The notes beneath the pieces are model-generated. The model did no database searches. It had not been told where the DNA came from and was given only the letters and a program-made list of their open reading frames with translations. This document shows, piece by piece, positions 7,467-18,031 of a DNA stretch of 20,000 nt. The DNA comes from an uncultured virus (IMG/VR IMGVR_UViG_2675903408_000004) (lineage: Duplodnaviria > Heunggongvirae > Uroviricota > Caudoviricetes): IMG/VR virus record IMGVR_UViG_2675903408_000004, positions 55,926-75,925 of that record; one strand, 5' to 3'. The translations under genes and the position numbers were made by a program. The first letter of the stretch is position 1; each line of letters opens with the position of its first letter.

Positions 7467-8813
7467 GTGGTTCAGGATCTGTTGACAACAGATAAGCTTT
7501 TAAAGCTTAAAAATAAAATAGAAGAAGTTGCTTCTGATATTAAACATGATTCCAGAAAAGTAAGGGAAATAAAAGCAGTCATGGGAGCGCAGTATAAAAC
7601 GCTGCCTGGTTATGTACAAGAAATCTTGAATAATAATGATAATAACATTCAACGCTTGAATGAAAAGGAAGTTTATATTTTCTCTAAAGAACTACACAAA
7701 CTTACTGGCGTAGCTGCTTTAGATCCTTTGAGTTATTTCCCACCAAGGCTAGCTAAGGAGTTAGAGGGCGGAAGAATTTTTGCCGGTGAAGAGGTTCTAA
7801 CACTTCCTTATACATTTAAAAACGTAATAAAAATAAATGAAGACAACTATGTGACTTCAATTACTGCGAAAGAATTAAGTGAACTATATAATAGCTCAAT
7901 ACTACAATACAACTATAATACTCAACGTGAAGGCAGATTCATTAAGGGAAGCTTAATACCTGTTCCAAAGACTAATCCTAAATCAGTTGAAGAGATTAAA
8001 GAACTATTTAAAAAAGGCGACTTAATTGTGTCTATGTTTACATTTAATGCACGGTTCGGTACTTCAGATGAGGATGAAGAAATAGAGTACAACCCCAGCG
8101 ACCTAAGCTTAACTGTTACTATGGGTACATTAGTTGATGTTCTAGATGGTTACCATAGAATATCTGGAGTTGTTAAAGCTATAACTGAAGCTCCTGAATT
8201 AGATCAAACCTTTATTTTGAATATCTTAAATTATACTGAAGAAAAAGCAAAACGTCATTTTGCACAAATGAATACAATAAATCCTGTTGAGAAATCAAGG
8301 ATTGAAGAACTTGGCCAAAAACGCTATTCTTCCACTATTGTTGAGCAACTTAAATATAATAGTGAACTCAAAGACAAAATTAGTGTGCAAAGTGAAATTG
8401 GTATGAATAGTCCATTCTTGGTTACTTATTATACTCTTTCTGAAGCAATTGACGATGCTTTTGAGGTCAACTCACGAAGAGATGCTATTCAATTGTCCAA
8501 GTATTTAAGGGACTTCTTTGCTGAGCTTTTCTATGCTTTTCCAGATGATTTTCTTGAAGATAATCTTAGCGAGTCAAGAAACAAATCGTACATCAACTAT
8601 AATGCTATATTTTATGGATACATTTATTTGGCCAAGAAAATACAAGAGAATGATACGCCGTTAGCTAAATTAGGAACGATTTTGCAGCAGGTAGATTTTG
8701 ATAAAGGTAAGACATTCAAGGAGTTAAGCAGCAGAAATTATGAGGAACAATTAAATGCTGCAATGAAGAAAAAACTGAAAAAAGTTTTTTATGATGAAAT
8801 TGATGTTCGTTAG
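7467..8813 (+). CDS. yopQ: YopQ (SroE), DGQHR/DndB-ParB-like domain repressor component, 448 aa
   Basis: VLDGYHR motif, YNYNTQR and FAQMNT segments; lies between yopP and yopR; RBS GAGGTGA. Confidence 0.85.
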   Translation: MVQDLLTTDKLLKLKNKIEEVASDIKHDSRKVREIKAVMGAQYKTLPGYVQEILNNNDNNIQRLNEKEVYIFSKELHKLTGVAALDPLSYFPPRLAKELEGGRIFAGEEVLTLPYTFKNVIKINEDNYVTSITAKELSELYNSSILQYNYNTQREGRFIKGSLIPVPKTNPKSVEEIKELFKKGDLIVSMFTFNARFGTSDEDEEIEYNPSDLSLTVTMGTLVDVLDGYHRISGVVKAITEAPELDQTFILNILNYTEEKAKRHFAQMNTINPVEKSRIEELGQKRYSSTIVEQLKYNSELKDKISVQSEIGMNSPFLVTYYTLSEAIDDAFEVNSRRDAIQLSKYLRDFFAELFYAFPDDFLEDNLSESRNKSYINYNAIFYGYIYLAKKIQENDTPLAKLGTILQQVDFDKGKTFKELSSRNYEEQLNAAMKKKLKKVFYDEIDVR

Positions 8814-9802
<989 letters not shown>

Positions 9803-9803
<1 letters not shown>

Positions 9804-9826
9804 TTAATCCCTTAATAGGGATTAAT
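9803..9826. terminator. Hairpin at the end of yopR
   Basis: ATTAATCCCT-TAAT-AGGGATTAAT, perfect 10-bp stem. Confidence 0.6.
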
Positions 9827-10006
9827 CTTACATAACAAAAAGAATAAAAATAAAATAACTAATTTAAATATGAGCTGAATCGTGACATTTAAATATTAGA
9901 TGGTAGGATTTTGTTCGTATTTTCAGAATTCGACAAAAGTAGACAAAGACAACAGGGGTAATTTGTGGTAAAATCAGACTATACCCTAAAAAGGGTACAG
10001 GGAGGT

Positions 10007-10034
10007 TCGCTAGGGCGAAATTCCTAGCGATTTT
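10007..10034. terminator. GC-rich hairpin just downstream of yopS
   Basis: TCGCTAGG-GCGAAATT-CCTAGCGA followed by TTTT on the + strand. Confidence 0.55.
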
Positions 10035-10255
10035 CAATGTTTGATTTTCCATTCATAGAGGTCTTCGAGGGTACAATTTAGCGCTACAGCTATAAGTTTG
10101 GCTGTTCGAATGTTCATAGAAGGTCTAACGCCATTAGCGTAATCACTTAACCTTTGGGTACTGATACCGGTGATACGCGAAAGCTGACCCAATGAAAGCC
10201 CTCTTTTTTGAAGGAGATCTGGAATCAAACATTGTCCGAATTCTACTTCTAGCAT
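10034..10255 (-). CDS. yopS: YopS, Cro/CI (Xre)-type HTH regulator, 73 aa
   Basis: LLQKRGLSLGQLSRITGISTQRLSDYANG HTH; RBS AGGAGG; on the opposite strand after yopR as in SPbeta. Confidence 0.85.
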   Translation of the reverse strand: MLEVEFGQCLIPDLLQKRGLSLGQLSRITGISTQRLSDYANGVRPSMNIRTAKLIAVALNCTLEDLYEWKIKH

Positions 10256-10335
10256 CGGACAACCTCCTGATTTTATGTATGCTCCTTATCTTACTATATC
10301 AATTCTTACCTGATTTTTAAATGATCAAAAAAGAA

Positions 10336-10723
<388 letters not shown>

Positions 10724-10795
10724 AATTCACACATCTTGTCAGTCATCATGAGAGATAAAAAATTGATGGCTTTATAGTCAGACTGGAGTTTAAAA

Positions 10796-11035
10796 ATGAA
10801 ACTAGACATTGAAATTGACATGAGAGATAACTTAGCAGCGATTATCTTTAACGTAGGATCTGATAACATATTAACTGGAGAATATTACATAGAAATTGAC
10901 TTTCAGAATAAAGGCAATAAGTTAACGTTGAGGATTGACAGGGCTGCACTGTTGGATCTTAGAGATAAAATTAATGAAACTCTGTGGAAATTGGATGATG
11001 CTAAAACAGTATTAAACAGAGGCTTTACTATGTAA
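10796..11035 (+). CDS. Hypothetical protein, 79 aa
   Basis: RBS TGGAG; ORF track. Confidence 0.7.
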   Translation: MKLDIEIDMRDNLAAIIFNVGSDNILTGEYYIEIDFQNKGNKLTLRIDRAALLDLRDKINETLWKLDDAKTVLNRGFTM

Positions 11036-11061
11036 GTAAAGCTTGTTTTTTAATCAAATTA

Positions 11062-11111
11062 AGAATAAAAATAAAATTACTATTTACATATGATCCCATT
11101 AACTGTATAAT
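11062..11111 (+). promoter_or_regulatory. SigA promoter preceded by the AGAATAAAAATAAAAT element
   Basis: Element at 11062-11077; TTTACA (11083-11088), 17-bp spacer, TATAAT (11106-11111). Confidence 0.7.
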
Positions 11112-11153
11112 TCAAAGCATAAAGATACTAAAGAAAGGAGATGTCGCTTTTAT

Positions 11154-11393
11154 TTGATTAATGATGCTCAGAATAAAGAAATAAAAAACATGGTCATGAA
11201 AAAGTTTTTAAAGGTTTTTTCTTCATGCAACAGAGCTTTACATAACTTGAATAAAGATGAAATAAGGAAGACTATTGGTGATTTGGACTTTGTTAAGGAC
11301 AACCTCGAAGAAATACAGTTTATTTTGAAGGATATTGTTTTTACATATGATGAGAGAAAGAATGAAATCATTAAGGATCAAAATAAAATGTAA
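11154..11393 (+). CDS. Hypothetical helical protein, 79 aa
   Basis: RBS AAAGGAG upstream; the stop lies inside the spacer of a junction palindrome. Confidence 0.65.
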   Translation: MINDAQNKEIKNMVMKKFLKVFSSCNRALHNLNKDEIRKTIGDLDFVKDNLEEIQFILKDIVFTYDERKNEIIKDQNKM

Positions 11394-11428
11394 GTTTTAT
11401 TTAGAATTTAAATTAAGGAGGACACAGA

Positions 11429-11611
11429 TTGAATAGATTAAATGGACTGATTACAGATAAATACGGTGATGCAATGTATAGAAGTGGTTTTTGTATAACC
11501 ATTGAAGAGAATTCAAATTCTAATATGATAACGGCCGATTTCACATTGAATAAAAGTCACCTTCCGTTTTTAAAAGATATTGTAAAAGACTTAGAGGAGG
11601 GTACAGAGTGA
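11429..11611 (+). CDS. Hypothetical protein, 60 aa
   Basis: RBS AAGGAGG and TTG start; GTGA overlap with next gene. Confidence 0.7.
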   Translation: MNRLNGLITDKYGDAMYRSGFCITIEENSNSNMITADFTLNKSHLPFLKDIVKDLEEGTE

Positions 11612-11823
11612 GTGAGCCAAAATTTAAGGGATTTGTGGTCTATCGTAAACGTAAGACGGATGGAAAGTTAATACCGTTTTACAGTTTCAAATATGACGAT
11701 ATTGAAAGCATTACTGACATAGAAGACGGGTGCAAAGTATCGTTCAAAAATGGCGATTCATTCGTTACGAAAGGTACGGCAGTAGAGTATAAGAAAAAGA
11801 TCGGATGGGAGGGTTCGGAGTGA
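11608..11823 (+). CDS. Hypothetical protein, 71 aa
   Basis: GTG start within the junction repeat. Confidence 0.75.
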   Translation: MSEPKFKGFVVYRKRKTDGKLIPFYSFKYDDIESITDIEDGCKVSFKNGDSFVTKGTAVEYKKKIGWEGSE

Positions 11824-11996
11824 TGAACATGAAAAGGAAGCCAGCACGTGTTTTTGATACAAGAAACAACGTCACATTTTTCACAGGGACAGAATGGGAA
11901 TGTATGGAGTTTGCATTAAAAAATTATCCTCGTGAAGAATTTCCTCATGTTTTAGTCGGTGTAAATGATGAAGATGAAGGGGAGGGTACGGAGTGA
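11820..11996 (+). CDS. Hypothetical protein, about 58 aa
   Basis: GTG at 11820 (or ATG at 11823) within the junction repeat; the ORF-track start at 11805 lies upstream of the RBS. Confidence 0.7.
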   Translation: MMNMKRKPARVFDTRNNVTFFTGTEWECMEFALKNYPREEFPHVLVGVNDEDEGEGTE

Positions 11997-12482
11997 CTGA
12001 TATAGCACCATGTATCCAATGCGGAAAGATGACGAGTGTAGATATAACCATGTGCTGTGATGGCTACATGTGCGGATGTAAGGGGCTTCCCATTCACCCG
12101 CCCTTATGTGAAGAGTGTGAGAAGACATTTTTTAAGCACGGAATGAAGGAATTTCACTTACACAAATATCCTGTGACATCAGTTGAAGGTAATGAGTATG
12201 CCGTTAGCATTTATAACGATAGATACTCAAAAGGTTTTGTCAAAGTATCTTTATATAAAAAGGTACGCGGTTTTTTCAGAAAAGAAAAGTTTAAGTGTCT
12301 TACAAGAGAAGGAGATTTTGCTCCAAGTTATTTCGAAGCAAAGTGGGATTACAATTACATACAGATGGCAATCAATGAAGAAGTCATTATCTATGAAAAT
12401 TCCCATACAGGAGCAAATTAATCATGAAAATAAACAAAAGGCAGCCATAGAGAAATTTGAAGCATGGAGTGAACAAGAATAA
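11993..12482 (+). pseudogene. yopW: Cys-rich N-terminal domain fused to a YopW-like domain; +1 frameshift near 12403
   Basis: N-terminus CIQC...CCDGYMCGC...CEEC, then MKEFHLHKYPVTSVEGNEY (YopW-like, recalled). Removing one C from TCCC (12401-12404) joins the frame to IQEQINHENKQKAAIEKFEAWSEQE*. Confidence 0.6.
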
Positions 12483-12542
12483 CCTTATAAGTTTAACCGG
12501 TTAAAAGATGCATTTTAAATAGAAAATGAGGTGGCTTAATAA

Positions 12543-13172
12543 TTGAAGTTAGTTGAGACTACTATAAGAAATCGAATTAGAGAGATATTAATTGAAAAGG
12601 GATTAACTCTACATGATCTGTCGTCTTTAACTGGTATCAAAGTACAACAATTAGGTGATTATGCTTCAGGTGTTAGATGTCCTATGAGCATTAATACTGC
12701 ATTAAAAATTAGTAGAGGGCTAGGTCTTTCAGTAGAAGAAATTTTTTACGAAGAAATAATTTATCGCCGGGAACTTATGAAGGGAGAACTTTCATCATAT
12801 ATGATGACGGAGGGAGATAAGCAATACATTGTGCAAAATAATTACACAACAAACATACAGTACATGCATAATTCTCAATTGCATCAAGGCAGTAATTATA
12901 ATGTTAATGATTTTAAAGAATCGATAGCTAACCTTATAGAGTTATTTAAAAAGGAGTATGAAACGTTAAACTTGAAATTTGATCAAGCTGCTTTATCCTC
13001 AAATACCATAAAGGAGATTGAAAGAGAGATAGGTAATGAGTCGCCGGATAGGAGCAAGCTTATTATGTTTCTAAATATTTTAAAAGATGTAATAAAGGGA
13101 GCAGCATCCACAGTTGTTGGTGGACAAATTAATACGTTAATAAAATCTATGTCAGAACAGGGTATGGGGTGA
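12543..13172 (+). CDS. YopS-like Xre HTH fused to an N/Q-rich linker and a helical C-terminal domain, 209 aa
   Basis: KGLTLHDLSSLTGIKVQQLGDYASGVR aligns by eye with YopS RGLSLGQLSRITGISTQRLSDYANGVR; RBS GAGGTGG. Confidence 0.75.
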   Translation: MKLVETTIRNRIREILIEKGLTLHDLSSLTGIKVQQLGDYASGVRCPMSINTALKISRGLGLSVEEIFYEEIIYRRELMKGELSSYMMTEGDKQYIVQNNYTTNIQYMHNSQLHQGSNYNVNDFKESIANLIELFKKEYETLNLKFDQAALSSNTIKEIEREIGNESPDRSKLIMFLNILKDVIKGAASTVVGGQINTLIKSMSEQGMG

Positions 13173-13864
13173 TGGATATGGGAATGTTTGATACCTTTAA
13201 TGGTCAAATAAAATGTCCTAATTGCGCTGCAATACAAAACACAGAAGTTCAGTTTAAATGGAGTGAATGCATACTATTGGACTACGAGTTGGGGGATGTT
13301 GTTCGAGGAGCGCAAGAAGGTTTATATGTCGAAGATGATTGGTTTAACGAGCGGTGCTCAAACTGTAAAACAGAATTTATGCCGAATGTGGTTTTGAAAA
13401 ACGGAAAGGTTATTTCATTTATTAGCAAAGAGGAGCTTCAAAGAACAGACATTGCTCAATTAAAAGATATCCCATTAAAACATGCTAAGACACAAAGGTA
13501 TGAAAGAGATAAAATCGTTGCCAAGGGTTTTACTAAGGAATCAGCCGATTTCAATAAGCAACCATTTAAAGAGAACCAGCTTATAATGGCCTTTGAGCGT
13601 GAATGGAAAGTTGCAAAAGGATGGAGAAAGGACTTTAATCCAGAAAAAGTCAGTGAGTTTTTCAAACTTACCGGTTGTGCAACAAGGAAATCTGATTACT
13701 GGTTTCTTTATATAGTTGTAGATGCTACAGGATTGAAACGCTTCGTTGAAGTATCCGACAGAATTAAACATTGGTCAGACAATGATGATAGGTACGGCAA
13801 TATGCTGTTCAGTGAAACCTATGGATTTAAAGATGAACACTTTTTATTTAGCGAAATTTTTTGA
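13169..13864 (+). CDS. Hypothetical protein with N-terminal zinc ribbon, about 231 aa
   Basis: CPNC...CSNC motifs; GTGA overlap with previous gene. Confidence 0.75.
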   Translation: MMDMGMFDTFNGQIKCPNCAAIQNTEVQFKWSECILLDYELGDVVRGAQEGLYVEDDWFNERCSNCKTEFMPNVVLKNGKVISFISKEELQRTDIAQLKDIPLKHAKTQRYERDKIVAKGFTKESADFNKQPFKENQLIMAFEREWKVAKGWRKDFNPEKVSEFFKLTGCATRKSDYWFLYIVVDATGLKRFVEVSDRIKHWSDNDDRYGNMLFSETYGFKDEHFLFSEIF

Positions 13865-13909
13865 TAGGGAGGAAATGAGAGAATTAGATTAAGTAAAGGA
13901 GATGGAAAG

Positions 13910-14644
13910 ATGGAATTGTTACAACCAAATCAATATTTTGAAATGATTAAATCAAAGAAAAATAAGGTTACAGACAAAGAACTTCAAAGATATTACGACA
14001 ATTGCTTGGTGTTACTCAATAAGTATAAGCAAACCAATCAAATTAAAGCTGCAAAGAAACTGATATTCCACTTAGAATCAATTGAAAAAGAACGAGAGAT
14101 TGTAAAGCTTGGCATTGATACATTTGTTTATCGAGATGACATTGAAGAATACATAGATAACATTGCAAAAGACACAGTCAAAATTATTGAGCTTGAAAAT
14201 TACGAACGTGAAATCCCTGACGATGTCATCATGAAATACAACAAAGTAAAAGACAAATTGGATCGGTTTTACGTGGTGTTTACAGATTATACGGGGAAGG
14301 TTGAAAGGCAAATCGAAAAAGAACGAAGAGAAAAAGATCCAATTTTATTTGGCACTTTTCAAGATGAGTCAAGCGGTACTCTGATTGAACGTTTTTATTT
14401 CATAGGCGACTGGGAAGATGAATATTGCGATCTCACCTTAGATAAGATGATTTCCGAAGTACAGGAAGCAAAAGAATCCAATATTGCAATGACCATCAAT
14501 ACACCCCAAGATATTGAGCAATTGAAGATACAGTTAAACAACATGGACAAGATAGCAAATGGGTTTAGGATGAACAATCCCGGATTTGCAGTGGTTAACG
14601 AAAAGAAAAATTGGTTTAAAAAACTGTTCAAAAGGACGAAGTGA
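13910..14644 (+). CDS. Hypothetical phage protein, 244 aa
   Basis: RBS AAAGGAG; long ORF containing KDPILFG and FYFIGDWEDEYCDLT segments. Confidence 0.8.
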   Translation: MELLQPNQYFEMIKSKKNKVTDKELQRYYDNCLVLLNKYKQTNQIKAAKKLIFHLESIEKEREIVKLGIDTFVYRDDIEEYIDNIAKDTVKIIELENYEREIPDDVIMKYNKVKDKLDRFYVVFTDYTGKVERQIEKERREKDPILFGTFQDESSGTLIERFYFIGDWEDEYCDLTLDKMISEVQEAKESNIAMTINTPQDIEQLKIQLNNMDKIANGFRMNNPGFAVVNEKKNWFKKLFKRTK

Positions 14645-14991
14645 TGAAAAGAACAGTTGACCTTACTGAAAATAGAGAGTTCATGAAGATCGGAAGTAAC
14701 AAAAGCAAGTCATTATTGCAAAGGTACTTAAAGAAGCGAATATACCCATGGAGTGTAGAAGCAGAAGTAAGACAGAACGACTTTTATAGTAACGGCTTAT
14801 TGTTAACTGGCAACGGCTTTGAAAGGGAAAAACAAAAGGAGTCAGCAGCCTTTGATAAGACGTGTCATTGTTGTGGTAAGTGGGACTCATTCCATATGAC
14901 GATAACTAAATCAACTCTGTGTAAAAGTTGCGAAGAAATGCTTGATCACAGTGTTGTGGGTAATGTCCCTTGGAGAAAGCAGTTTGGATAA
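14641..14991 (+). CDS. Zinc-finger hypothetical protein, 116 aa (YoqA-like by length and context)
   Basis: CHCC...CKSC; overlap with previous stop; its stop is part of a junction palindrome. Confidence 0.7.
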   Translation: MMKRTVDLTENREFMKIGSNKSKSLLQRYLKKRIYPWSVEAEVRQNDFYSNGLLLTGNGFEREKQKESAAFDKTCHCCGKWDSFHMTITKSTLCKSCEEMLDHSVVGNVPWRKQFG

Positions 14992-15025
14992 AAGTAAAAT
15001 TTTAAAGAGAATCGGAGGATGGAAG

Positions 15026-15190
15026 ATGGAGAATGATGTTTTATACGGAGTTTACAGTACTAGGTCACGAAAGTTTTGCTTTGGAATTGAGGAGTCTTCA
15101 AAAACAAAAGCAAGAAAAGAGCTATTCAATCGAATTGGTACAGATGCATACAAATGGCGTTTTGAAATAAGAAAAATTAAAAGAAAGTAG
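15026..15190 (+). CDS. yoqE: YoqE-like basic protein, 54 aa
   Basis: RBS GGAGG and ATG at 15026 (MENDVLYGVYSTRSRKFCFG...KIKRK); length matches recalled YoqE. Confidence 0.6.
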   Translation: MENDVLYGVYSTRSRKFCFGIEESSKTKARKELFNRIGTDAYKWRFEIRKIKRK

Positions 15191-15198
15191 GTGGATAA

Positions 15199-15403
15199 GT
15201 GAAATTTGCACCAATGGATAAAGTTAAATTTAAAAAAACTAGTCACTTCAACAAACTTCGAACTTTAAAAAAAAAGAGTTCCTGAATTAGATGATCCTTT
15301 ACTCGGCGAATGCTGGGAATTTGAAGAAGATGGTTTGAAACAATTTGATTGGGAGGAGAACTACGAATTTGTCGCTAGACCCAAACATTTTAATTGGGAT
15401 TAA
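15199..15403 (+). pseudogene. yoqF: YoqF-like gene (67 aa when repaired) broken by an A9 homopolymer
   Basis: GTG at 15199; A-run at 15267-15275; A8 restores MKFAPMDKVKF...LKKRVPELDDPLLGECWEF...PKHFNWD*. Confidence 0.6.
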
Positions 15404-15455
15404 AAACAGAATCTAATTAAAATTGTAGTTTTAAGTTAAATACAGGAGGAGATCA

Positions 15456-16094
15456 GTGATTGCTGAAAAAACTAATGCCTCAGTAAAGATGTATTTAGAG
15501 GATGATATAGCAAGGTTATATAAAGATCATTTTCGATTGATAACGGGGGTAGACCTAAAAAGTAATTTGATAGAGAATAAATCATCTGTAATAAGTGCAA
15601 AAGAGATTGAGAAGTGTATACAGCTGCTACATAAGGATTATCATAACCTAGGGATTAGAATATTTGTGTTTCAAAATAAAATCCAAGCATTGCTTAATTT
15701 TTTGAACCCACTTGGAGCACCTTTTTGCTTAAAAACCATCAGAAGTATCTTTAGAAAACAACTGGTTGGTTTAAATGGGTTTGGGGTTATTCACATTTAT
15801 CCATTCAATTATCCAAAAGATATAACTTGCTACAATCAGACTATAAAGCTCTTTATTCTCGAAACACTGTATCATGAACTTAGACACGCTTACCAAGATG
15901 AGTCTATGACTTGCGTTAAAGATTCGAAATATATAGATGGAGGTCAACCTGGCTATTTTGCACAGAAAAGCGAGCGAGATGCAAGACACTTTGCGACTAG
16001 AATGATGAATAAGTTTCATGATGATATTAATAATATTCTAGGAATAAAGTTTAAATGGGAAACTTGCTGGGGAAGATTAGAGATTTATAAATAA
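15456..16094 (+). CDS. Putative zincin-like Zn metallopeptidase (HEXXH), 212 aa
   Basis: LYHELRHAYQ...SERDA; RBS AGGAGG; flanked by perfect junction palindromes. Confidence 0.7.
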   Translation: MIAEKTNASVKMYLEDDIARLYKDHFRLITGVDLKSNLIENKSSVISAKEIEKCIQLLHKDYHNLGIRIFVFQNKIQALLNFLNPLGAPFCLKTIRSIFRKQLVGLNGFGVIHIYPFNYPKDITCYNQTIKLFILETLYHELRHAYQDESMTCVKDSKYIDGGQPGYFAQKSERDARHFATRMMNKFHDDINNILGIKFKWETCWGRLEIYK

Positions 16095-16136
16095 ATTAAA
16101 ATAAAAAGACTGTTTTAAAGAGAAAGGAGCTGAACC

Positions 16137-16807
16137 ATGGCAATTGATTTTGCAAAACTAAGTGATCCAGAATGGAAAAAGCAGTGGGCTGATGAAAGAA
16201 AAGAACGTGAGCGGCAATTAGAAGAACAAGAAACACTGAGAAAGAAGACAGTTTGCTTTACCGGTCATAGACCAAATAAATTGGGTGGCTATGATATGAG
16301 AAATCTCACAATGCTCAAACTCAAAGATAAGCTGCTTGAAGTGATTGAGGAGTTAATCATAAAAGAAGAGAAGTCCAGGTTTATAACTGGAGGAGCATTA
16401 GGAACTGACCAGGCTGCTTGCTGGTGTGTACATATCTAAAGAAGAAATACCCTCATATCAAAAACATAATTGCCACACCTTTCAAAGAACAAGATAAAGT
16501 TTGGTCTGCAGACCAAAAAATGTGGTACAAACGTATGCTTGATGTTGCAGATGAGATTATTAATGTTGAAGAATTAGATAAATATAAAGTTAGTGGAGAT
16601 AAACCAGGAGAGTTTTCGCCGGCTAAGATGCAAAAGCGAAATGAATACATGATTGATCACAGTGAAGCAATAGTAGCTGTTTATGACGGAAGTAAAAGTG
16701 GGACAAGAAACTGTCTGAATTACGCTAGGAAATCTTACTTAGGACATCAACTATGGAGGCTTCATCCTGATTTTAATTTTGAATTAGATATTACTTATAT
16801 TGCTTAA
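16137..16807 (+). pseudogene. SLOG/DUF1273 (YspA/YoqJ-like) protein split by a 1-nt deletion near 16435
   Basis: VCFTGHRP...FITGGALGTDQ in the first ORF; MQKRNEYMIDHS...AVYDG...SGT in the second; one added base at CATATCTAAAG gives HI-LKKKYPHIK. Confidence 0.75.
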
Positions 16808-16828
16808 AACAAGAATAGGAGGATTAAA

Positions 16829-17236
16829 TTGAGAGAAATAAAGTTTCGGATGTATTCAAAAAAGAAAAAAGTTATGCACTATTGGGATCATATAAAACAG
16901 TTCCAGATGGCAGTGCTTGATGACAATGATGAAAATGAAAAATACAGTTCATGGATGCAATTCACCGGATTGAAGGATAAGAACGGCCGTGAGATTTACG
17001 TGGGGGATTGTTGTACGGCAAAACATAAGTCAGGAAAGGTTTGTATAGGTCAGGTCAAATATGACTTATCGTTTGTTTTTAATATTGAGGGTTTTGAAGA
17101 ATTGTTCATTAACGGAGTAGGAGCCGTGAAAACTAACCGTACCTTTGATATACATTCGTTTATCAAATGGTTTGATGAAGTCGAAGTCATCGGCAACATT
17201 TACGAGAATCCTGAGCTGGTGGAGGCAGCAGAATGA
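16829..17236 (+). CDS. yopX: YopX-family protein, 135 aa
   Basis: MREIKFR...MQFTGLKDKNGREIYVGD...EVIGNIYENPEL signature. Confidence 0.85.
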   Translation: MREIKFRMYSKKKKVMHYWDHIKQFQMAVLDDNDENEKYSSWMQFTGLKDKNGREIYVGDCCTAKHKSGKVCIGQVKYDLSFVFNIEGFEELFINGVGAVKTNRTFDIHSFIKWFDEVEVIGNIYENPELVEAAE

Positions 17237-17523
17237 AAGTGTTAGAGAATCAGACACTTTATCAGTGTGAACACTGTGGAAAACGATTGATGACAAAGCA
17301 CGGAGCTAGGCTACACGAAAGAATATATTGCTCGGTTGTCAAAGAGGAAGAACAGAAAAAACGTCAGGAATCCTGTGAACATAAGCATATGGAAATGAGT
17401 TATTGCACTATGCCGGGAGAAGATCATTTGCAAATACCTGACTATGAATGTTGTTCTGACTGCGGCATGACAGAAATGGAGATTGCAGAGCAAAAGAATA
17501 ATTTTCAGGGGGTGGCAAAATGA
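17233..17523 (+). CDS. Zinc-finger protein, 96 aa (YopY-like by context)
   Basis: YQCEHCGK...HERIYC and CEH...CSDC motifs; ATGA overlap. Confidence 0.75.
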   Translation: MKVLENQTLYQCEHCGKRLMTKHGARLHERIYCSVVKEEEQKKRQESCEHKHMEMSYCTMPGEDHLQIPDYECCSDCGMTEMEIAEQKNNFQGVAK

Positions 17524-17891
17524 AGGAAATTAAATTCCGTTCATGGATTAAAGACAAAAAAGAGATGCTTTATGAATTTACCTTAAAACAACCAACGGTT
17601 AGCCATTGTAAGTCAAACATCCTCATGCAATACACGGGGCTTAAGGATAAGAAAGGGAGGGAAATTTATGAAGAGGATATCTTCCAAACATCTTATATGA
17701 AAAATAGAGGCTGCGCATACCGATGTGTTTTCTCAGCAGAGTTCGGCGGATACCTATTTGATCCTTTTGTAATTGGAGATAAAGATGCTCCTTTATTGGG
17801 CATCGAGGAGTTTGCTCAGCAGTGGGAAGAAGTCAAACATGGTGAAGTTATCGGGAATATTTACGAAAATCCAGAGATTTTGAGTAATTGA
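17520..17891 (+). CDS. Second YopX-family protein, 123 aa
   Basis: MKEIKFRSW...MQYTGLKDKKGREIYEED...EVIGNIYENPEIL. Confidence 0.85.
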   Translation: MKEIKFRSWIKDKKEMLYEFTLKQPTVSHCKSNILMQYTGLKDKKGREIYEEDIFQTSYMKNRGCAYRCVFSAEFGGYLFDPFVIGDKDAPLLGIEEFAQQWEEVKHGEVIGNIYENPEILSN

Positions 17892-17929
17892 ATAAAAGGA
17901 TTATTTTATTCAGAACGGAGGACACGAGG

Positions 17930-18031
17930 ATAGGCTACATTAAATACATAATTGAAACCGCCTGGTTTAACTTAGTTTGGTTTAAATGGCACCTTGGAGC
18001 GGACATAAGCATATTTGACAGCTGCGGATGA
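17930..18031 (+). pseudogene. Probable gene remnant with ATA in place of the start codon
   Basis: Strong RBS GGAGG (17917-17921) 8 nt before ATA-GGC-TAC..., reading IGYIKYIIETAWFNLVWFKWHLGADISIFDSCG*. Confidence 0.4.

Larger units (their letters stand above)
11596..11996 (+). repeat. Three copies of a 16-bp RBS plus stop/start junction, GGAGGGTWCRGAGTGA
   Basis: 11596-11611 GGAGGGTACAGAGTGA; 11808-11823 GGAGGGTTCGGAGTGA; 11981-11996 GGAGGGTACGGAGTGA. Confidence 0.85.

Noticed and set aside
12183..12482. 99-aa + strand ORF as an independent gene
   Set aside because: Only its last ~25 codons look real; they are the frameshifted tail of the yopW-like gene.
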